From Verrucomicrobiota bacterium (GTDB lineage Bacteria > Verrucomicrobiota > Verrucomicrobiia > Methylacidiphilales > JBCBYL01), in contig JBCBYL010000001.1 of the NCBI GenBank assembly GCA_039815855.1, forward strand, positions 1-48,090: DNA of 48,090 nt, given 5' to 3'. Below, piece after piece: positions 10,487-19,308 of the stretch. How positions within the stretch are numbered: position 1 is the stretch's first letter; every line of letters begins with the position of its first letter. Under the pieces are notes generated by a model. The model searched no databases. It had not been told where the DNA came from and saw only the letters and a list, made by a program, of their open reading frames with translations. The position numbers and the translations under genes are program-made.

Positions 10487-12199
10487 ATGAATAAATTCAA
10501 TCTCCCTCTGGGCGCCGTACTTCTCGCCCTGGTTTTTGCATCCTGCGCCGATCAGGCTCAATCGAATATGACCAAAGCCGACGTCATCGTCTACGGATCG
10601 ACGCCCGGAGGCTTTTGTGCCGCTATTGCCGCTGCACGTGAAGGTGCTTCTGTCATCCTCCTCGAACCAACCAACCATGTCGGCGGCCTGGTCACTGGTG
10701 GCCTCAGCTTTGATGACTCCAATCAAATGGTGCGCAGCACGGTCATGGGACTCTTCGATGAATGGCACCGCCGCATTGTAAAAGATTACACAGATCGCGG
10801 CCTCAAGGCTCCGTATGATCCGACGAAGAAAAACAATGTGACTTGGACCTATGAGCCTCATGTGGCGATGCGGGTGACGAGGCAATTGATCGAAGAGTCT
10901 GGGGTAACGCTTCTGACCGGACGCTACCTGCAATCGGTGAACATGGATGGCACCAGGATTTCATCCATCGTCACCAAGGACGGAACGTTCTCGGCCCGGG
11001 TCTACGTCGACGGCACCTATGAGGGCGACCTCATGGCTGCCGCCGGGGTCGATTGGACGATCGGTCGCGAAGGGCGCGATGAATTCGGCGAGTCCTATGC
11101 CGGTAAAATCTACCCCAAACCTGTCATGCCTATTAATGGCTTTGATGATCAGGGCAATCTGCTACCGCTTGTCAATACTGATGCGAAAGGGGAAGCTGGC
11201 GAGGGAGACTCGCACATCATGACTTACAGCTTCCGGCTGAACCTGACCCGCAATCCGGAGAACAAAGTCGGTATCCCGAAGCCGGACAATTACGACCCCG
11301 CGCGTTTCGAGGTCATCCGCCGTTACCTGGAGTCCGGCGGAGATCCCAAACAGGTTGGATTTGCCCTCTATCGATTACCGGGGCAAAAATTTGATGGCAA
11401 CAACCAGCTCACGATCCAGTTTTCCACAGGCCTCGTCGGGAGAGCTGATGACTGGCATAGCTCCGATGAGGATGGACGACAAAAAATCTGGGAAGAACAC
11501 AAGCAATACACCCTGGAATTTATTCACTTCTTACGGACAGACCCCTCCGTGCCGGAGAGTGTGAAAAAGAAGTATAGTAGCCTGGGTTTTCCCAAGGATG
11601 AATTTGTCAATAATGACCACTTTCCGCCCGCCCTCTACGTCCGCGAATCCCGGCGGATGAAAGGCATGTATATCATTAGTCAAAAGGATATCATCGACGA
11701 TCCTCAGAAGGACGACCCGATTGCTGTTGCTTCCTTTCCGATCGATTCGCATGATGTGCAACGAATTGCCATCCCCGGAGTTGGTGTGGTCAATGATGGA
11801 TTGATATACCCGGTGCGTGTTCCGGGGAAAAAGGTCGGTTATGCCTACCATGTGCCTTATCGTTCGGTGTTGCCGAAGCCAGAGCAGTGCACCAATCTGC
11901 TGGTGCCGGTGGCGCTGTCCTGCACCCATGTCGCTATTTCATCGCTGCGGATCGAAGGGACCTGGATGAATATCGGGCAGGGGGCTGGGGTGGCTGCCGC
12001 CATCGCTGCTGAGAACGATGTCGACGTGCAGGACCTTGCTTATCCCACCTTACGTGAGCGTCTTTTACAGCAAGGTCAGGTTCTTGATCTCCCCGAGTCG
12101 GCGCTACCTCCGCGCGACCTGACCGGTGTGATCGATGACGCCGAGGCGGAGCTGAGTGGTACCTGGAAGCGATCATCCAGTTTTAATCCTCACGAGTGA
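10487..12199 (+). CDS. FAD-dependent oxidoreductase (Pfam FAD_oxidored-like) lipoprotein, probably C-terminally truncated
   Basis: Dinucleotide-binding motif is DVIVYGSTPGGFCAAIAAAREGASVILLEPTNHVGGLVTGG. Lipoprotein signal is MNKFNLPLGAVLLALVFASC. Alternative starts are at 10454 (TTG) and 10472 (ATG). The ORF stops 5 nt before a 28-bp mobile-element repeat. Confidence 0.8.
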   Translation: MNKFNLPLGAVLLALVFASCADQAQSNMTKADVIVYGSTPGGFCAAIAAAREGASVILLEPTNHVGGLVTGGLSFDDSNQMVRSTVMGLFDEWHRRIVKDYTDRGLKAPYDPTKKNNVTWTYEPHVAMRVTRQLIEESGVTLLTGRYLQSVNMDGTRISSIVTKDGTFSARVYVDGTYEGDLMAAAGVDWTIGREGRDEFGESYAGKIYPKPVMPINGFDDQGNLLPLVNTDAKGEAGEGDSHIMTYSFRLNLTRNPENKVGIPKPDNYDPARFEVIRRYLESGGDPKQVGFALYRLPGQKFDGNNQLTIQFSTGLVGRADDWHSSDEDGRQKIWEEHKQYTLEFIHFLRTDPSVPESVKKKYSSLGFPKDEFVNNDHFPPALYVRESRRMKGMYIISQKDIIDDPQKDDPIAVASFPIDSHDVQRIAIPGVGVVNDGLIYPVRVPGKKVGYAYHVPYRSVLPKPEQCTNLLVPVALSCTHVAISSLRIEGTWMNIGQGAGVAAAIAAENDVDVQDLAYPTLRERLLQQGQVLDLPESALPPRDLTGVIDDAEAELSGTWKRSSSFNPHE

Positions 12200-12203
12200 C
12201 GCC

Positions 12204-12275
12204 AAGGGGTCATTCCGTAATTCTTGTCATTAAAACTCCATCCGTTCACTCCAGAATGGGTGCTCATGCCCCAGA
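12204..12275 (+). repeat. Solo end copy of the 28-bp repeat family (transposase-proximal type), with about 45 bp of homology to the dead Y1-transposase 5' region
   Basis: AAGGGGTCATTCCGTAATTCTTGTCATT at 12204-12231. The first 24 nt are identical to the inverted copy at 28131-28104. Weaker similarity continues beyond that (ACTCCATCCGTTCACTCCAGAATGGGTGCTCAT vs ACTACTCATTCGTCCACACCAGACTGCGACTCAT). Confidence 0.75.
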
Positions 12276-12334
12276 GCCTTGGTTTCCACGACTTCGAACG
12301 TGCGTAACCCTCATCGATTAAGCCGCGGCCGCTA

Positions 12335-13507
12335 TTAGGGATTCCCACTCTGAGGGAATCGGATAAAATTCACAGTCAGTGATTTGGTGCTCAGGAGAGA
12401 GCCGTCTCGGTCTAAGGCTTTCGCTGTCAGCTTTAATTGATTATCCCGGAGTATCAGAGGATAATATCCACCACCAGTGGTAAGGTTATCACCTGGGAAG
12501 GAGTAGGGGTAGAGGAACTCATTTACTTTAGGATGGCGTTTCTGATTTGATTCCCAGACCAGTCGATGAATACGTCCTTTCGTATTGGCGACAATGGTAA
12601 ATTCTCCCGGAATGGAATCGAGGTGAATCGTGGCACCATCCTCGAGTTCCCGATATTCAGGCACGACTTGTCCACTCGTCGAATCGACAATCGAAAAACT
12701 CACGATATTCGCTGCCGCTGTATCGTTATTCATGATGTAGATGTTCTTTGAGTCGATCTCAGCAAGTTGATCTGCATAGATCAGGTGCTTCTGTTTCATT
12801 TTTCCTGCTTTATTTTGCTGAGCGACCTCGACAATGCCTTCATCGACGGCCAGAGCCATGTGAGAGGTCAATGATTCAACCTTGAAGTGGGTGCCTACGA
12901 CTTTAGCTGCTCCATAGGGCGTCTGAATTTGTAAGGTACTTCCAGCCTCCTGAGGAGCGGCCTTCACGTAGCCCCTTCCTCGTTCGAGGAACAACCCCTT
13001 TTCTTTCTTTGAGATGGTGTTCTTTAGGATGGAATGACGATCCAGTTCTAGCTCGGTGCCATCAGAGAGGATTACGTTGATTGAGCTTCCTTCACTGGAC
13101 TGGATCTGATCCTGAGGATGAATGAGATCACCTATTTTCAATTGCTGGTCACTGCCATCATTCCTCAATCTTCGAACTTCTCCTGAGAGCTGAACCACTT
13201 GGAGAGCGAGTGGATTTTCTTGAAGTGTATCCACTTGGGGAGTTGGCTTGAGTAAGGCGGCAAAGGCGGGTTGATCAGATTCTTGCGTCAGTAGCCAACC
13301 GATACATCCCAGTAATAGGGTGATGGAGGCAGCTATTGCTAATCCAGTGAATCTGTCTGATCTGGCGCGAGGCTCAGGAGTCAATCGACGCTCAGTGTGC
13401 TTGCGGAGGCGGAGCAAGGTGTCGATTGCCTCATCCCGCCCCAGTTCACGAAATTCTTCAGGTCTTGGCCCTTGGCCGGAATGAGGAAATGAATTGCTTG
13501 AATTCAT
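12335..13507 (-). CDS. FecR-family anti-sigma factor with an extra C-terminal beta-rich domain
   Basis: 390 aa with a single TM segment (GLAIAASITLLLGCIGWLL). FecR-type periplasmic domain includes IQTPYGAAKVVGTHFKVES. About 130 further residues are of unknown fold. Its ATG overlaps the sigma-factor stop (ATGA). Confidence 0.8.
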   Translation of the reverse strand: MNSSNSFPHSGQGPRPEEFRELGRDEAIDTLLRLRKHTERRLTPEPRARSDRFTGLAIAASITLLLGCIGWLLTQESDQPAFAALLKPTPQVDTLQENPLALQVVQLSGEVRRLRNDGSDQQLKIGDLIHPQDQIQSSEGSSINVILSDGTELELDRHSILKNTISKKEKGLFLERGRGYVKAAPQEAGSTLQIQTPYGAAKVVGTHFKVESLTSHMALAVDEGIVEVAQQNKAGKMKQKHLIYADQLAEIDSKNIYIMNNDTAAANIVSFSIVDSTSGQVVPEYRELEDGATIHLDSIPGEFTIVANTKGRIHRLVWESNQKRHPKVNEFLYPYSFPGDNLTTGGGYYPLILRDNQLKLTAKALDRDGSLLSTKSLTVNFIRFPQSGNP

Positions 13508-14037
13508 GATGCCTCTGCCCTCAGTTTGCGTTCTGCGCAGAGACGGATGAGATCACGGGAACGTTTCAGGCGCTGGCCTACGGTCATTTCACTGGCAGAT
13601 ACTTTGGCGCTAATCTCTTTTAAGCTGAAGCCGTTGATGTAGAAAAGCCGGACCACGACCTGCATGGGTTTTTTGAGTTCGTTCACGCATTCCCAGAGAA
13701 TATCCACACGATCCCCCCAATTGCTTCGCATGCTTTGCTGATCAAACATCGCGTAAACCTCTTCCACCCCTTGAACGAATTCGTCGATATCGAGATAAGA
13801 TCTGGCTTTGGCCTGTCGAAGCTTATCGATCGCCCGATTACGGATGATCGTTCTCAACCAGGCTCCGATCGAACCCTTTGACTCATCGAAATTGCTCAGG
13901 TTGTTGTAGGCGGCAAGACTGGCTTCCTGCACCACATCCTCGGCATACATAGCACTGTGTTGGCCAAGCATGGTCTGCGCATAGGCCAGCATCATCGCTC
14001 GATGCTCATGGAGCAAAATTCCAAAACTACGGTCCAT
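13504..14037 (-). CDS. ECF (sigma-70 group 4) RNA polymerase sigma factor
   Basis: 177 aa. Region 2 (DVVQEASLAAYNNLSNFDESKGSIGAWLRTIIRNRAIDKLR) and the region 4 HTH (FSLKEISAKVSASEMTVGQRLKRSRDLI) are present. It is translationally coupled to the FecR gene. Confidence 0.9.
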   Translation of the reverse strand: MDRSFGILLHEHRAMMLAYAQTMLGQHSAMYAEDVVQEASLAAYNNLSNFDESKGSIGAWLRTIIRNRAIDKLRQAKARSYLDIDEFVQGVEEVYAMFDQQSMRSNWGDRVDILWECVNELKKPMQVVVRLFYINGFSLKEISAKVSASEMTVGQRLKRSRDLIRLCAERKLRAEAS

Positions 14038-14154
14038 TATTTATTTAATACGTATAACGTTTGGGAGGCTCATTTTTTGACATAGAAAATAAAAAAAATG
14101 ATTTAAACGTATTCATGGATGTCAAAAAGAGTAACTTGTATTCGTTAAGAGAGT

Positions 14155-17100
14155 ATGCAGCAAATGATTCTTTCAAGACCATCTTGTCGTCCGTTTTCGC
14201 CAGGGAAGGCTTTTTTCTTTGGCTTGATTGCTCTGGTGGGCATTCCTTCCGTATACGCGGTTCCTCTAATCTATGATGAAACAACCGGTGCCAGTCATCC
14301 GTTAGATGGCACCGTCATTATGGAAGCGGAAAATACCGAGTCGGATTATGGAGAGTGGATACTCAACACCACGACGGATGCGGCTGACCTGACTGGCACG
14401 GGCGCGATCGAATTTACGGGTAACCAATTTACGAGCGGCCCCGTGAATTCACCGTTGGAGTATCGGTTCCGTATCAACAAGGGTGGTATCTACCACCTGG
14501 AGTTGCACTGTGCGAAGCTGAATCAAAATAACCGCACGGATGTTGCGAATGATGCCTATGTGCGCCTCCGGGGGCGATTCGATGCGTCTAACCCGGACCC
14601 ATTGGATATTCCAAACAATTCCCTTTCCTATGATCACACTTATCATAACGACGACGCTCCGCTGGAAGTGCTGCGGTCGCATTATAAGTTCTTCGGTGGT
14701 AGCAACAATAACTATGTCTGGCAGTCTGGAAGCCGCTTGGATCTGGGGGGTGAGGGCAATAAGCGCCGGGCAGAGTATCGCCTCTATGCAGGGGAAATTT
14801 ACACGCTCACGATTTCCGGGCGCTCTCGTGATTTTAAGATTAATCGGATTCTCTTCCGCCATAGTGGAGCGAACACTGGCAACGCGAGAGACCTTACCAG
14901 TCCGGAGTCATCCCTCTTAGCCGAGCAGGATATCCCTCAGGAGTATCTCACAGGCGCTGCTCAGGACCAGCCCCTGGCTGACGATACGGCGATCGATTTG
15001 CTCGATACGCCTGTCGTCAATGGCCTGGTCACCGTGGGCGGACAATTGAAGCGTTGGCACCGGGTCGACCTCTCCTTGACCGGTCCGAGCACGAGTGAAG
15101 TAGCGACACCCAATCCTTTTTCAGACTTTCGCATGGAAGTCATTTTTAGGCATATCACCAGTGGTCTGACCTATCGTGTTCCGGGCTATTTCGCAGCCGA
15201 TGGCAACGCAGAAAACACATCGGCCACCAGCGGCGATCAATGGCGCGCGCACCTTTCACCGGACGAGGTCGGTCTCTGGTCCTACGAAATTGTATTCAGA
15301 GAAGGCACTGATGTGGCCATCGCGGATGATGCGACGAGTGGGACCCCCGTCGCAGGGCTGAACGGGCTCACGGGGAATTTTACAGTGCAGGAAAGTAATA
15401 AATCGGGTTTCGACTTTCGCGCTCCTGATCGCGGCCGTTTGACCTATACCAATGAGCATTACTTGCGTTTTGCTGGCAGTGGAGAGTATTTCATCAAAGC
15501 GGGTCCAGATGCGCCGGAGAATACACTTGCCTATGAAGACTTCGATGACACCCCGAATGATACCAAAAACAACGGTAACCTGCGTAAGAGCTGGTCACCG
15601 CACGCGGCAGACTATGACGCCTCAGATGCTGCATTTTATACTTGGACGGATCCGGGGACGAGCGAGGTTCAAGGAACGGAATTACTCGGAGCGCTACGCT
15701 ACTTATCAGGCGAAGAGCACCTGCGTTCCTTTTCGTTTTTGACTTTCAACCTGGACGGAGATGATGACAACGTCTTTCCGCATCTCCTTATCAATGGTGT
15801 TGGGGCGTATCAGAATGTGGCGGACAACGCTCGCTGGGATGCAGGTGTCGTTTACCACGATCGTTTTGATATTTCCAAGATGGCGCAGTGGGAGCGGATT
15901 ATGGCCTACGCGACCAAGCGTGGTTTATTGATTGATCTGAAAACTCAAGAAACAGAAAATGATCTACTCCTCGATGGGGGACTCCTCGGCCGTGAACGCA
16001 AGCTCTACTATCGCGAACTGATCGCACGCTTTGGCCACAACCTCGGTGTGACCTGGAATCTCGGAGAAGAGTGGGATCTCTATGCGAATGATGAATTGGG
16101 TGATACCGAACTGACCACGATCAAGGGCTACACCCAGTTTTTTCACGAGATGGACCCCTACCGGCATTTGACCGTTGTTCATACCTATCCAAATGGAAAA
16201 AATTCGGTCTATCCCAAGCTGATCGGGCCTGCAGAGGAACCTTATGATCCGAATACGTCCACTAGTTCTTATCTTGGCGGGGCATCACTGCAAACCAATA
16301 ATAAGTCATTTAGTAACGTCTATGGTGATGTGTCTAAATGGGTCAGCGATTCTGCGAGTGCCGGAAAGCCATGGGTGGTATTCACCGATGAACCCGGAGA
16401 TGCGAGCATTTCGCTCGCTCCCGATTTGGCGACAACGACCTCGCAAGAATATGGACGCAAGAACGCTCTGTGGGGCACGATGATGGCGGGCGGTGCCGGC
16501 GCGAATTTCTACTTCGGCTATCAGGAAGCCGAGTCCGATCTGACCTTGCAAGACTGGCGCAGCCGCGATGAATTTTGGGATACGTGCCGCTACATGCTCC
16601 AGTTCTTTGAAGACAATAGTATTCCGCTGCCAGACATGAGTCCCAATAATGCCCTCTGTCTCGATGAGGATAGCTGGACGCTGACAAAGACGGGCGACGT
16701 GCACGTCATCTATCTGAAATTCGGGGGCGAGGCCTCAGTCGATTTGACCGGCGATTTTGGATCCTACACGGTTCACTGGTATGATCCGCGCACCGGTGGT
16801 GCCTTAAAGCAAAACGCGGTGACCGAAGTCGCAGCCGGAGGAATCGTAAGCCTTGGGGCACCTCCGATCCCGGTAAACGGCGATTGGGTGGTGCTGCTGC
16901 GCAATACGATCCCGCTCGATGTGCCGGCAATCACGACAAGTTCCCTCCAGGATCTTGTAGTGGACGCCGCCTATTCGTTCCAGCTTCAGTCCCGAGGTGA
17001 GGATACTCCCTTTGAATGGTCAGTCATCGATGGCGCACTGCCAGCCGGTTTATCGCTGGATGCAGATACAGGTCTCATTACCGGTGTTCCGACTGGCGCC

Positions 17101-19308
17101 GGAGTCGCGGAGTTCACCGTCCAATTGGAAGATGGCAGTGGCGATACCTACTCACAGGAGTTTGCCGTCTCGGTGTTTGATTCAGCAATTCTGTTCAGAG
17201 ATGACTTTGAAGACGATACTCCATTAAACACGACCGATACAGGGCTCGACCTGCGCGCGGATGTGGACGGTTCTGGTCAGGATGTTGCAGATGTGGGTAT
17301 CGAATACATCAACCAGATAGGGGACTACCAGATTCGCACGAATCCAGAGCCGGTTGGAAATACCAGTTCACAGGTGCTGTTCATGAACGCGCTGAGTGGA
17401 TCGGCGAATGACCATTGGGTGGATAGTCTATTTGGCGCGTCGGTTCCAATTGACGGTCTGAACATTAGCTTTGAGTTCTACAATACGACTGAGCCGGGTG
17501 AGCTACACGGGAATGATAGCGTGCGTTTCTCTTTGATTGGGTCGGACAACAGAGCGACCAACGCCGAGATACGCTTGGATAGAGACGGTGCTTTCACCAT
17601 CGATGGCTCGAATGCGAGCGGTGCGACTCCGGTGGTCGATGCATGGCAACGGTTCTCGGGCACTTTCAAGGCGACTCCTACGGTTGGGCAATATCAGCTC
17701 GAGTGGACTCTGGAAAACCTTGAGACCTCAACAAGTGCGTCCGGAACGACCACGGTCAATGTAAACGATGGTGACTGGAGCGCGAACGGCTTGGTCCCAA
17801 CCGTGGCAAATGGCATTCGTCTCAGGGTGAATGATCGCAAAAATGCGACCGGCTACTTGCCTTACATCGATAACGCCAGAGTGGAATATACTGCGGCGTC
17901 TGCGAGGCCGGGCCCGATCCCTGAGATTCTCACTGATACGCTGCCGAATGCTCAGTTGAAACAACCCTATCAGCTCAGTTTAGAGGCCAGGGGACTGGAT
18001 GAACCATTCGAATGGTCCGTGGCGTCGGGCCAATTGCCCTCTGGTTTGTCGCTGGATAGCTCGGGCCTGATCTCCGGCACCCCACTGAGCGAAGAGACTG
18101 CAAGCTTCACGCTAGAAGTCGAAGACAGTGATGGCGATACGAGTCAAAAGGCCTTCTCCTTGACGGTGGTTGAGGGCTTTATCTTCTTCGATGACTTTGA
18201 AGATGATACGCCGTTGGATACCACGAATAGTGGCCTCGACTTACGGGCGGACTCCGATGGAGCTGGAGCGGACCTCGATGATAAGGGCAGTGCCTACACT
18301 TCTGCAGCTGGCGAATATCAGGTCCGGTCCAATCCGGAGTCGAATGGCAACACTAGTTCGCAGGCGCTGTTCTTGAACCAGATCGGGGGCGGCACGCAGG
18401 ATATCCAATTTGTAACCGGTTCGTTCGACGCGGCCTCACCTGTCGATGGGATGAAGGTTCAATTCGATTTCTACCAAAGCATCATCGATGGCACCAACTT
18501 GTTTAGCGACGATTCGGTTCGGTTTTATTTAATCGGAACCGACGGCACGTCGGCCAACTGTGAGATCCGTCTCAATCGCAACGGTGCCTGCACCATTGAT
18601 GGTAGCACAGTGGCCGCGACTCCTGTGACCGATGCGTGGCAACGGTTTACCGGAAGGTTCAGCGCCACCGGCACTCCGGGGCAATACGACCTGGCCTGGA
18701 CCTTAACGAACCTTGAAACCAACGCCGAGGCAACTGGAACCACAACCGTGAATCTCAACGACGGGGAATGGGCGGCGAACACGCTTGATACCTCCGTGGC
18801 TGGCGGCATTCGTCTTTACGTCTTCGATAAAAAGAACGGCAACGATTACCAGGCGTATTTCGATAATGTCGGCGTGTCGTATGAAAGTGGTGTGACAGTG
18901 GATCACTATGCGGCTTGGATGGCAAATTACCCGACTCTCGTAGGTGATGATGCCTTGCCGGACGCTTATCCCAATAATAGCCGCCTCAGTAACCTGGAAA
19001 ACTACGCCTTCGGCGGTGATCCCAGAGATCCTTTGGATGACAGTGGTATTACACCCGTGATGCAAATCGTGGAAGGGAGCATTCCAGAGTCGGTGGGGAT
19101 GACCTACACGTATTTGGAGCGCAAAGATGCTCTTAGCGTCGGTCTCCTGTATATAGTCGAATATTCTGAAGATCTCTCCGGATGGATGACAGAGGATGTG
19201 ACCGAGATCGACAGGGTTGAGGTCGATAGTGAATATGATCAGGTAACCGTGTCTGTCCCTGAATCCAGTAGCACGAAACAGTTCATGCGGATCCGAGTTG
19301 AATTGTAG
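14155..19308 (+). CDS. Large secreted multidomain glycan-active protein: CBM-like domain, DUF5060/DUF4038-type (clan GH-A, GH5/GH140-like) core, two [Ig-like + beta-sandwich] repeats, and a conserved C-terminal tail
   Basis: 1717 aa with a signal peptide (FFFGLIALVGIPSVYA). The N-terminal module has an IMEAEN motif as in CBM6/35-like domains. The DUF5060-like Ig domain reads VTVGGQLKRWHRVDLSLTGP...YRVPGYFAADG...WRAHLSPDEVGLWSYEI. A TIM-barrel-like region ends in a collagen-binding-2-like motif (YTVHWYDPRTGG...GDWVVLLR). A duplicated 330-aa unit follows. Confidence 0.7.
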   Translation: MQQMILSRPSCRPFSPGKAFFFGLIALVGIPSVYAVPLIYDETTGASHPLDGTVIMEAENTESDYGEWILNTTTDAADLTGTGAIEFTGNQFTSGPVNSPLEYRFRINKGGIYHLELHCAKLNQNNRTDVANDAYVRLRGRFDASNPDPLDIPNNSLSYDHTYHNDDAPLEVLRSHYKFFGGSNNNYVWQSGSRLDLGGEGNKRRAEYRLYAGEIYTLTISGRSRDFKINRILFRHSGANTGNARDLTSPESSLLAEQDIPQEYLTGAAQDQPLADDTAIDLLDTPVVNGLVTVGGQLKRWHRVDLSLTGPSTSEVATPNPFSDFRMEVIFRHITSGLTYRVPGYFAADGNAENTSATSGDQWRAHLSPDEVGLWSYEIVFREGTDVAIADDATSGTPVAGLNGLTGNFTVQESNKSGFDFRAPDRGRLTYTNEHYLRFAGSGEYFIKAGPDAPENTLAYEDFDDTPNDTKNNGNLRKSWSPHAADYDASDAAFYTWTDPGTSEVQGTELLGALRYLSGEEHLRSFSFLTFNLDGDDDNVFPHLLINGVGAYQNVADNARWDAGVVYHDRFDISKMAQWERIMAYATKRGLLIDLKTQETENDLLLDGGLLGRERKLYYRELIARFGHNLGVTWNLGEEWDLYANDELGDTELTTIKGYTQFFHEMDPYRHLTVVHTYPNGKNSVYPKLIGPAEEPYDPNTSTSSYLGGASLQTNNKSFSNVYGDVSKWVSDSASAGKPWVVFTDEPGDASISLAPDLATTTSQEYGRKNALWGTMMAGGAGANFYFGYQEAESDLTLQDWRSRDEFWDTCRYMLQFFEDNSIPLPDMSPNNALCLDEDSWTLTKTGDVHVIYLKFGGEASVDLTGDFGSYTVHWYDPRTGGALKQNAVTEVAAGGIVSLGAPPIPVNGDWVVLLRNTIPLDVPAITTSSLQDLVVDAAYSFQLQSRGEDTPFEWSVIDGALPAGLSLDADTGLITGVPTGAGVAEFTVQLEDGSGDTYSQEFAVSVFDSAILFRDDFEDDTPLNTTDTGLDLRADVDGSGQDVADVGIEYINQIGDYQIRTNPEPVGNTSSQVLFMNALSGSANDHWVDSLFGASVPIDGLNISFEFYNTTEPGELHGNDSVRFSLIGSDNRATNAEIRLDRDGAFTIDGSNASGATPVVDAWQRFSGTFKATPTVGQYQLEWTLENLETSTSASGTTTVNVNDGDWSANGLVPTVANGIRLRVNDRKNATGYLPYIDNARVEYTAASARPGPIPEILTDTLPNAQLKQPYQLSLEARGLDEPFEWSVASGQLPSGLSLDSSGLISGTPLSEETASFTLEVEDSDGDTSQKAFSLTVVEGFIFFDDFEDDTPLDTTNSGLDLRADSDGAGADLDDKGSAYTSAAGEYQVRSNPESNGNTSSQALFLNQIGGGTQDIQFVTGSFDAASPVDGMKVQFDFYQSIIDGTNLFSDDSVRFYLIGTDGTSANCEIRLNRNGACTIDGSTVAATPVTDAWQRFTGRFSATGTPGQYDLAWTLTNLETNAEATGTTTVNLNDGEWAANTLDTSVAGGIRLYVFDKKNGNDYQAYFDNVGVSYESGVTVDHYAAWMANYPTLVGDDALPDAYPNNSRLSNLENYAFGGDPRDPLDDSGITPVMQIVEGSIPESVGMTYTYLERKDALSVGLLYIVEYSEDLSGWMTEDVTEIDRVEVDSEYDQVTVSVPESSSTKQFMRIRVEL
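16927..18886 (+). repeat. Internal tandem duplication (two units of about 0.97 kb) inside the 1717-aa gene
   Basis: Unit 1 (16927..17895) and unit 2 (17922..18886) encode the same layout: a He_PIG-like Ig domain (PFEWSV..G.LP.GLSLD..GLI.G.P) followed by F.DDFEDDTPL.TT..GLDLRAD...NTSSQ.LF.N...DSVRF.LIG.D...N.EIRL.R.GA.TIDGS...TPV.DAWQRF.G.F.AT...GQY.L.WTL.NLET...GTTTVN.NDG.W.AN...GIRL.V.D.KN...Y...DN..V.Y. Confidence 0.85.
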
